Shown: positions 56,981-64,000 of the stretch, one piece after another
How the letters are laid out: each line of letters begins with the position of its first letter
Numbering within the stretch: position 1 is the first letter of the stretch
Assembly: GCA_033763315.1 (NCBI GenBank)
Contig: JANRKS010000023.1
Location: forward strand, 96,001-160,000
Direction: 5' to 3'
Length of the DNA stretch: 64,000 nt
Source of the DNA: Deltaproteobacteria bacterium
GTDB lineage: Bacteria; Myxococcota_A; Polyangia; Fen-1088
Program-made: the position numbers and the translations under genes
Notes under the pieces: generated by a model
Told to the model about the DNA's origin: nothing
The model's database searches: none
Seen by the model: only the letters and a program-made list of their open reading frames with translations

Positions 56981-57861
56981 TAGCGGCTCCTTTGTTCGAT
57001 CAAGGTTTCGGCTTCTTCTTTGGAGGGACGGGCGTCGCCTTCGGGTACCGTGCTGACGTATTCCACCAAAGCCGTGGTGGCTTCGGCGCCAGGCACGCGG
57101 CCGAGGGTGCGCACAAGATCCACGCGCAGGCGATCATTGGCGTCGGGGCGCTTGAGGAATTCGCCAAGCGCCCCAGCCAATGTGGCGTCGTCGATGGTGC
57201 CGCGCAGTTCGGCGACCTTCGGGGCGTAATCCAGTGCCCCCAACTGACCAAACGCTGCGGCAGCCCCCGCGTCACTTCGCTGCACCAGCTTCCACAACCG
57301 ATCAGAGGCGCGGGCGTCCTTGCGGGTGGCAAGGCCGGCGGCGGCCGCGGCGCGCACGCTTGCGTCCTGATCACCCAACCGTTCCAGCAGCACGCCCGCG
57401 GCGCCGTCTTCGGGCATCGCCGCCAAGGCGTTCACCGCCGCAACCCGCACTTCCGGGTGCCGGTTGCTGGCGTACAAAGCGAGGATCTGCAGCGACTTCG
57501 GATGCTTTAAGGCCCCCAGCGCTTTGACGAAGTCCACCGCCAATTGCGGCGAGGTGCCGAGCGCCAGCGCTTCGATGAGGGCATCAGCGGCGGCAACGTT
57601 GCCTGAACCGGCTTCCGCCAACTTGGCCGCGTTGGCGCGCGCGGCGTCTTCGTCTTGCCCCACAAGCGCAGCCAAGGCCAGCTGCACCTCGGCGGTGGAC
57701 AACGGCTTTGCCGCCGGCGCAACCGCTTTGGCTGACGCTTCGACGGCCGGTGCCGCTGCGGCCGCTGTTTTCTTCTTGGCCGGCTTGGCGTAAACCACGC
57801 CAGACGCTGCGAACGCCGAAACCAGCGCCGCCATTCCACATTTGCGAAGCGTTGATCGCAC
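56980..57861 (-). CDS. Secreted HEAT-repeat protein
   Basis: Signal peptide; PEVRVAAVNAL and DASVRAAAAAGL repeats. Confidence 0.8.
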   Translation of the reverse strand: MRSTLRKCGMAALVSAFAASGVVYAKPAKKKTAAAAAPAVEASAKAVAPAAKPLSTAEVQLALAALVGQDEDAARANAAKLAEAGSGNVAAADALIEALALGTSPQLAVDFVKALGALKHPKSLQILALYASNRHPEVRVAAVNALAAMPEDGAAGVLLERLGDQDASVRAAAAAGLATRKDARASDRLWKLVQRSDAGAAAAFGQLGALDYAPKVAELRGTIDDATLAGALGEFLKRPDANDRLRVDLVRTLGRVPGAEATTALVEYVSTVPEGDARPSKEEAETLIEQRSR

Positions 57862-57929
57862 GTGGCGGTCTTATCTTAGTGTGGGGCAGGCCGTCAAATG
57901 AAACGCTGTGGCGGCCGCCCCTGCGGGCA

Positions 57930-58469
57930 TCAACGTTCTTTGTCGTTGAACTCGACCTTGCCCGAATACTCCTCACCCTTGCCGCGCAGCCAGAACGTGG
58001 TTTGTGCCAACGTGCGGCCCTTGGTCTCGACCACAAGCATGTATTTGCGGTTGGCGTCGAAGTCGGGTTTGGCCACTTCGATGTCAGACGCAAACACACG
58101 CGTGCCGCGCTCGCGGGTCATCTGGGCGTCGCCGGCGATGTACTTCCGGCCCCCGCTGGTGACGTCGTAGAACTTCACCATCACCTCGAAATCGTCGAGC
58201 GGTTTGGCGAAGAACGCCACGTATTCGATCTTCCAGATCGCCTCATCGTTGCCCTTTTGTTCTTTGGGCCAAACCTTGTCTGTTTTCGCCTGCCTAACGG
58301 CGGAAATGAAAGCATCACCTGAGGAATAATGCGTGGGCAAACGCTTCTTCGTGATGATGACCTGGCCTTTGAAAACATCCTCCGGCTTGGCGGCGTGAGC
58401 CGCGCCTGTGGCGGCGATGAAGCCCGCAAGGGACAAACTGGCAATCAAGACTCGAACGGATGACGTCAT
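57930..58469 (-). CDS. Secreted hypothetical protein
   Basis: AHA signal peptide, GGAG RBS, host-like codon use. Confidence 0.75.
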   Translation of the reverse strand: MTSSVRVLIASLSLAGFIAATGAAHAAKPEDVFKGQVIITKKRLPTHYSSGDAFISAVRQAKTDKVWPKEQKGNDEAIWKIEYVAFFAKPLDDFEVMVKFYDVTSGGRKYIAGDAQMTRERGTRVFASDIEVAKPDFDANRKYMLVVETKGRTLAQTTFWLRGKGEEYSGKVEFNDKER

Positions 58470-58606
58470 GGTGTCGCTCACTCCTCGGCAGATTCATGCG
58501 ACCGTAAAAGCTGGGGCTTTGTTCACATTAACAAGAACTCGGCGCGAAGCGGGCAGACACGCGCGTTTTTTTGACCTGCGCGTGCGTGCTGTTAGCTTGG
58601 GACCAC

Positions 58607-60877
58607 ATGTTCACAGGCCCCTCGCAACCGGCCAACGCGCCCTTGGGGGGCGTGCAGGGGTATTCTGCGACCGCTGACCACACGGCGGCCCTACTCGAAA
58701 GCCAACGCTTGGCTGCCTACACAGGTCGCACGCCCGGCTCGGCCGAGGTGTTGTTGGCCTTGGTGCGCGTGGGCGGCGCCGCTTCACGCTTGCTGCAACA
58801 ACGAGGCATCAACTCGGGGCGGCTTGAAGCTTTCTTAAGTGAAGTGCGGCCTGAACCGCCGCACGCCTTGGCGCAGCTTGAGGCCGCCAGCTACGACATC
58901 GCGCGCGACTTGGGCAGCAAGCAGGTGTCTTCCCTGCATCTATTGGTTTCGATCCTGCGTTGTGGGGGCGCGGGCATCGACCTGCTGCGCGTCGCGGGGC
59001 ACGATCCGGCCAAGGTGCGTGCCGTGGTGATGCGCGCGCTCACCGGCCCCGGGCGCTTTGGCGATCGGTTTGTGGGACGCGATCGCGAGATCGAACAAAC
59101 GCGGCCACGCACGCCCGCGCCCGAGCCACCACAGGCGCGCACGCCGTCTGCGATTCCTGCGCTCGAGCCACGAACGCCGCGCGAGAACACCGGGCGCCGT
59201 TTGGCGGTTACCGTATCTGATCGCACGGGTACAGCCCTGCCCCCCGAGCTTCCGCCCGAGCTTATCGAAGTGGGCGCACCCATCCCTGCCCCACTGCACC
59301 GCGAACGTGAGCTTGGGCGCTTACTGGATCTCGTGCGGGCGAATCCGTCGCGCATTCCTTGTGTTGTGGGTGAGCCTGGCGCGGGGCGCTCCCTCTTGGT
59401 GGAAGCCCTTTCGGCGGCGCTGCCGAAGCCGATGCTCACGCCGTCTGAAGGTCCCGCGGGCGCGAGCCCCGGGGCGTGGTTGCAGGCGCTGCATCGATTG
59501 GCGGCGCCTGATCGCATTTTGGTCTTGGACGGCGCGGGTGCTTTGTGTGCGGAAGGCAGCGATGGGCCCGCGCAGTTGTTGGCAGCGGCCAAGCACGGGC
59601 GGCGTTGGTTGCTGGTGGCCACGCCCGCCGATCTGCGGCGGTTTGAAGTGCACGCGGCCGAGCTGGCCAGCCGGCTTGAGATTGTGAGCCTGGCGGCCCT
59701 GCGCGCCGAGCCGCTGTTGAGCATCATCGAAGCCGGGTTGCAGCCATTGGGCGAGCAACGCAGCGTGCGGTTCGCGAGCGGCGTGGCGAAGACCTTGATG
59801 CGGCTTTCCTGCCGTTATCCATCCGATCGCAGCGAGCCGGGGCGCGCGCTGGCCATCGCCGATTTGGCAGCCGCACGCGCGCAACGTTTGGGAACGAACG
59901 TGGTGAGCGACGATGAAGTGGCCGCTGTGATCGCCGACGCAGCAGGTGTGGCCCCAGGCCAGCTTCTGCGTACGGACGATGAACGCTACCGCCGCTTGGA
60001 CGAATTGATGTCGTCTCGGATCGTGGGGCACGACGCCGCACGCGCGCGCATCACGGATCTGCTTCGCCGCAGCTACGCGGGCTTTCGCGGCCAGCGGCCG
60101 TTGGCGTCGCTGCTGCTGTTGGGCCCCACAGGCGTCGGCAAAACGGAAACGGCGCGTGCGATGGCCGATGCTTTGTTCGATGGGCACCAGGCGTTGGTTC
60201 GCATCGACCTTTCCGAATACAACGAACCACACTCGGTGGCGCGCTTGGTGGGATCTCCGCCCGGCTACGTGGCGTATGAAGAAGGTGGGCAACTGACCGA
60301 GGCCATTCGGCGGCGCCCCGCCTCGGTGGTGTTGCTGGATGAGTTTGAAAAGGCCCATCGTGACGTGTTGTTGCTGTTGCTGCAGGTGCTTGAGGATGGC
60401 CGCTTAACTGACGGCCGGGGGCGCACCGTGGATTTTTCGTCGGCGGCGATCGTGATGACGTCGAACCTCGGCAGCGAACTTTACCGACAGGGCCGCACCC
60501 CCGCCGAGGGCACGGTGCTGGCCTTGGCGCGCTCGCGGCTGCCCGCTGAGCTGTGGAACCGCATGGACGAGGTGCTGTGTTACGGCACATTGGGTGAGCC
60601 TGAATTGCGCGCCATCGTGCTCAAGCTGGCCGAAGCGTCGAGCCAACGATTGGAGGCCGAACGATCCATCCGGTTCTCGATTGATCAATCCGTGGTGAAC
60701 CGCGTGTTGACCGAAGAGCTTGATCGCAGCTTGGGCGCTCGGCCCTTGCGCCGTGCCTTCGAACGATTGGTGGAAGGGCCGCTGGCTGTGAAGATCGTTG
60801 AGGGTGAACTGCGGCCGGGCATGGCCGCCAAGGTGGCCTTCGATGCCCGCGGCAACCTGCGCTTGACGTTGGTTTAG
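58607..60877 (+). CDS. Clp/Hsp100 ATPase with degenerate first AAA module
   Basis: Clp-N repeats; NBD2 GPTGVGKT, GSPPGYV, LDEFEKAH, GRLTD, GARPLRR; NBD1 GEPGAGRS / LVLDGA. Confidence 0.88.
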   Translation: MFTGPSQPANAPLGGVQGYSATADHTAALLESQRLAAYTGRTPGSAEVLLALVRVGGAASRLLQQRGINSGRLEAFLSEVRPEPPHALAQLEAASYDIARDLGSKQVSSLHLLVSILRCGGAGIDLLRVAGHDPAKVRAVVMRALTGPGRFGDRFVGRDREIEQTRPRTPAPEPPQARTPSAIPALEPRTPRENTGRRLAVTVSDRTGTALPPELPPELIEVGAPIPAPLHRERELGRLLDLVRANPSRIPCVVGEPGAGRSLLVEALSAALPKPMLTPSEGPAGASPGAWLQALHRLAAPDRILVLDGAGALCAEGSDGPAQLLAAAKHGRRWLLVATPADLRRFEVHAAELASRLEIVSLAALRAEPLLSIIEAGLQPLGEQRSVRFASGVAKTLMRLSCRYPSDRSEPGRALAIADLAAARAQRLGTNVVSDDEVAAVIADAAGVAPGQLLRTDDERYRRLDELMSSRIVGHDAARARITDLLRRSYAGFRGQRPLASLLLLGPTGVGKTETARAMADALFDGHQALVRIDLSEYNEPHSVARLVGSPPGYVAYEEGGQLTEAIRRRPASVVLLDEFEKAHRDVLLLLLQVLEDGRLTDGRGRTVDFSSAAIVMTSNLGSELYRQGRTPAEGTVLALARSRLPAELWNRMDEVLCYGTLGEPELRAIVLKLAEASSQRLEAERSIRFSIDQSVVNRVLTEELDRSLGARPLRRAFERLVEGPLAVKIVEGELRPGMAAKVAFDARGNLRLTLV

Positions 60878-60980
60878 GCCTCAACTACGCGCCGCGCCCG
60901 CCGATGTAAGGGGCGACGGGTGATCTCTTACATGTCCCAAACGCGAGGCAACGGTCTGGGGCGAGCGTGCGTGGCGCGAG

Positions 60981-62381
60981 GTGAATGTTAACGTGAGGAC
61001 AGCGGCGAAGTTTCGCAAGGCGCTGTTGGTGTGCGCTTCCTTGGGAGCGCTGGCCTACGTGCGCCCCGCGCTCGCGGATGACGCCCCTGCCTTGGTGAAC
61101 GCAGCGGCCCCAGCCGACGCGGATCTGCACGCCGAAGTGCAGGCCTTAAAGCAAAAGGTGCAAGAGCAATCTGAGCTCATCGATGCGCAGATGAATTCGC
61201 AGATCGACAGCGAGGTGGGCGATCTGAACAAAGGCGAAACAGAGCAGCGCCAAAGTTCCGTCAACGTTTACGGTTTCATGGACATGGGCCTGCAGCGGTA
61301 CAACACCGACAACCGTCTCGTGAAGGGGTTGGTCGCCTCCTCAGAAACCACGTTCGTCAGCGGCAACAGCAATCTCTATTTCGATGCGCGCCCCCGGCCA
61401 GGCTGGCGGGCGCTGTTGGAGACGCGTTTATCACTTCACCCGCACGGCAACACGATCGTGGGTGGTCTCGGCCCTGCCCCGCGCACCGACACGAGCATCA
61501 TCGATTACACAAGCGCTTCGGGCCGCAACATCATTCGCCTGGGCTCGGTAATCATCGAGCGCGCCGTGCTTGAATGGCAGATGGACAGCCGCCTCACCAT
61601 TCAGGCCGGGTATTTCCTAACCCCGTGGGGCATCTGGAACATTGACCACGGCACGCCGACGTTGATCTCGCTGCTCATGCCAAGCTTCTTGCTTAACGAG
61701 GCGGTGTTGCGGCAACAAACAGGCGTCAATGCGTTCGGACGGTTCACCGAAGGCAATTGGACGTTCGGTTACTTCGGCTACATCAGCAACGGACGCACGG
61801 CCGGGCAAACTGATTTTGACGACGACAAGGCCGTGGGGGGCCGCTTAACGGTTGCGCATTTTGGCGCCGTGACCACCACACTCGGCAGTTCATTTTTTCA
61901 TGGCTCATCGGAAGATGAGTTGCGCACGCTGCGGTTGACATCCGCCGGTTTGGACATCGACATCGCGCCCAAGTATTCGTTTTCCGAAACGACGGTGGGC
62001 GGTGACCTTTCGATCGATTGGCGTGGCCTCCGCGTGCGCACCGAAGCGGTGGCGAGGCGGGTGGAACAAAAAGCCGGCCTTTACCGCCCAGTATTTATCA
62101 ACCCCGCCGCCACAGAGCCCAACCGGACGGAGCTTTATTTTTATGGCCTCGCCGCCTACCGCTGGGACTGGTTCGAACCGTTGTTGTATGGCGAATACAT
62201 CAATTCTCACAAGCGCACCGACCTCATCGACAAGGGTTATGGCCTATCCGCCGGTGTGAACATTTACCTGTCGCAAGTCAGCCAGATTCGCCTGCAGTAC
62301 GTGCGATCCACGCTGGACAGCGTGTACGGCAAGAACGTCTCGCTTGACCTTTATACTTCCCGTTACGTGGTGAGCTTCTGA
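60981..62381 (+). CDS. Outer-membrane porin-like beta-barrel
   Basis: Signal peptide, coiled coil, YGFMD, amphipathic strands, terminal YVVSF. Confidence 0.7.
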   Translation: MNVNVRTAAKFRKALLVCASLGALAYVRPALADDAPALVNAAAPADADLHAEVQALKQKVQEQSELIDAQMNSQIDSEVGDLNKGETEQRQSSVNVYGFMDMGLQRYNTDNRLVKGLVASSETTFVSGNSNLYFDARPRPGWRALLETRLSLHPHGNTIVGGLGPAPRTDTSIIDYTSASGRNIIRLGSVIIERAVLEWQMDSRLTIQAGYFLTPWGIWNIDHGTPTLISLLMPSFLLNEAVLRQQTGVNAFGRFTEGNWTFGYFGYISNGRTAGQTDFDDDKAVGGRLTVAHFGAVTTTLGSSFFHGSSEDELRTLRLTSAGLDIDIAPKYSFSETTVGGDLSIDWRGLRVRTEAVARRVEQKAGLYRPVFINPAATEPNRTELYFYGLAAYRWDWFEPLLYGEYINSHKRTDLIDKGYGLSAGVNIYLSQVSQIRLQYVRSTLDSVYGKNVSLDLYTSRYVVSF

Positions 62382-62791
62382 TGAGAGGTACAGCTGGTTT
62401 GCGATGGTTTCAATGTTGGATAGCAGGTGCGGTGCTGTGCCTTGGCGCTTGCCAACCGGACACCCCGTGCGACACGGGCTATGTGTTCAACGACGGCCAA
62501 TGCATCCGTGGCCCCAAGGCCCCCGCGGATGCCGGCGGCGACACCAGCGGGTTCGACAGCGGCGGCAGCGACACAGCCATCACGTTTGGCACGCCCTGCA
62601 AGGACGGCGTGAACCACAGCGATTGCCAAAGTGCCACCACCAACGTGTGTTTGATTGCGCCCGGGGACACCACCGGGCAGTGCTCAGCGATCAACTGCGA
62701 CCAGAACCCAAGCGTGTGTCCCACGGGTTGGAGCTGCTACGACCTTTCGGTGTTTCAGCCGGGCGCGCCGCACGGCTGCGTGCCGTTTTAG
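62381..62791 (+). CDS. Cys-rich lipoprotein
   Basis: LGAC lipobox; paired Cys; TGATG coupling to the porin gene. Confidence 0.7.
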   Translation: MRGTAGLRWFQCWIAGAVLCLGACQPDTPCDTGYVFNDGQCIRGPKAPADAGGDTSGFDSGGSDTAITFGTPCKDGVNHSDCQSATTNVCLIAPGDTTGQCSAINCDQNPSVCPTGWSCYDLSVFQPGAPHGCVPF

Positions 62792-63258
62792 GCCTGCAGC
62801 TCTTTGAGCTTCGCGGCCACAACCTCGGCGTGACCCGCCGCTTTGACCTTGGGCCAATGCGCGGCGACTTTGCCCTGCGGATCTACAACCACGGTTGAGC
62901 GAAGCACGCCCATCGATTTTTTGCCGTAGAGGTTCTTCTCGCCCCACGCGCCGTATTTCTCAAGCGTGGTGTGGTCGGGATCGGAAAGCAGGCTGATCTT
63001 CAGCTTGTGCTTGGTGATGAACTTCGTGTGGCTTTCGGGTGAATCGGGGCTGCAGCCCAAAACCGTGGCACCCACCTTCTCGAAGCCTTTGATGCCCGCG
63101 GTGAATTCGCACGCTTGGGTGGTGCAACCGGGCGTGTCGTCCTTCGGGTAAAAGTAAAGCACCAACCAGGAGCCCGCAAAGTCCGCTAATTTTACGGTTT
63201 CGCCCGATTGGTTCTTGAGTGAAAACGCGGGAGCTTTCTTGCCTACTTCAATCGCCAT
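62788..63258 (-). CDS. bcp: Thioredoxin-dependent thiol peroxidase
   Basis: YFYPKDDTPGCTTQAC. Confidence 0.96.
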   Translation of the reverse strand: MAIEVGKKAPAFSLKNQSGETVKLADFAGSWLVLYFYPKDDTPGCTTQACEFTAGIKGFEKVGATVLGCSPDSPESHTKFITKHKLKISLLSDPDHTTLEKYGAWGEKNLYGKKSMGVLRSTVVVDPQGKVAAHWPKVKAAGHAEVVAAKLKELQA

Positions 63259-63310
63259 GTGTACCTCTGCGCGCACGTTATGCGGATCGAGGCGCGGCCG
63301 CAACAGATGG

Positions 63311-64000
63311 CTAGCGTCGGCCCTTGGGTTCGGGCGGTGCCGCGGTGGCGCCATCGTCGGGCCACAAATGGCGCGGGTAACGCCGCCCCAATTCCTTGCG
63401 CAGCGGCGGGTAATGCTGCCGCCAAAAGTTCGCCAGATCGCGCGTCACTTGCACCGCACGATAGTTCGGCGCCAACAAATGCAACACCAACGGCACGCGG
63501 CCACGGCAAATGCTGGGGCCTTCGGCCATTCCGAAGAAATCCTGCAAACGTGATTCTATCCACGGCGGCCGATCGGGCTCGTAATTCACTTTCACCTCGC
63601 GCCCACCCGGCAAACGCACTTTGGTGGGCACGTCGATGGGCAAACGCGCCTGCACGGCGCTGGGCAAGCTGGCCACGAGCGACGCCAACGGATCGCTGGC
63701 GCGTAGATCGGCGAAGCTCACACAGCCTTCGCACAGGGCGGCAAGCTGCAATGGACCGGCTTCGCTTGCCGCCCCGGCCGCGTCTGGCACGCCCAAGTCC
63801 GGAAAGTTTTCGCGCAAGAGCGCGAGCCGCAAAGACAGAGTTTTGAGTTGTTCCGGATCACCGAACGCGGCCCCACCCGCGGCACGTACGGCCTCGGCCA
63901 GAACGGCACTGGTTTGCGGCCCGGGCGGCGCCGCCTTGCGCGTTTCATCCAAGATGATGGCGCCATACTTGATGCGGCTGATGCGCTCGACGCGCTCCAT
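63311..64000 (-). CDS. hrpB: ATP-dependent helicase HrpB, C-terminal part
   Basis: SRLQDFFG, LLAPNYRAVQVTRDLANFW, RRYPRHLWPDD. Confidence 0.93.
   Translation of the reverse strand: MERVERISRIKYGAIILDETRKAAPPGPQTSAVLAEAVRAAGGAAFGDPEQLKTLSLRLALLRENFPDLGVPDAAGAASEAGPLQLAALCEGCVSFADLRASDPLASLVASLPSAVQARLPIDVPTKVRLPGGREVKVNYEPDRPPWIESRLQDFFGMAEGPSICRGRVPLVLHLLAPNYRAVQVTRDLANFWRQHYPPLRKELGRRYPRHLWPDDGATAAPPEPKGRR

Noticed and set aside
1404-60358. Long antisense ORFs (e.g. 1404-2330, 9040-10158, 16368-17411, 22840-24012, 51231-52199, 59321-60358)
   Set aside because: Shadow frames opposite well-supported genes, expected in GC-rich DNA
1-64000. tRNA, rRNA or riboswitch genes
   Set aside because: None recognised by eye; a covariance-model scan would be needed to exclude them

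Overview
GC-rich bacterial DNA; the gene content (Ser/Thr kinases, VWA and Cys-rich lipoproteins, AgmX-type and HEAT/PQQ proteins) looks like Myxococcota or a related deltaproteobacterium (inference). Layout: (1) 1-8.2 kb flagellar cluster flgG-A-H-I-J-M-N-K-L-fliC(5' part) with a divergent fliJ; (2) IlvD/Edd dehydratase, AAA_14/DUF4143 ATPase preceded by three 31-bp palindromic repeats, mnmA, SNF2 helicase; (3) 15-29 kb uronate/polysaccharide utilisation region (two IclR regulators, GH105, kduI, eda, kduD, kdgF, and a sigma54-led CBM/porin/lyase cluster); (4) 29-53 kb accessory region with TA modules, kinases, an IS3 element splitting a nuclease-like gene, an ATPase-nuclease with 15-bp upstream repeats, a possible muramidase-lipoprotein pair and a YeeABC-type methylase/helicase/GIY-YIG cluster; (5) iscS and core genes through bcp and the 3' end of hrpB. 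Strongest unannotated signal: a synonymously recoded, frameshifted copy of the iscS 3' end at 44013-44100, which with the intact iscS end brackets a ~9 kb integrase-less defence/toxin island. All calls come from reading motifs; no database search was run.
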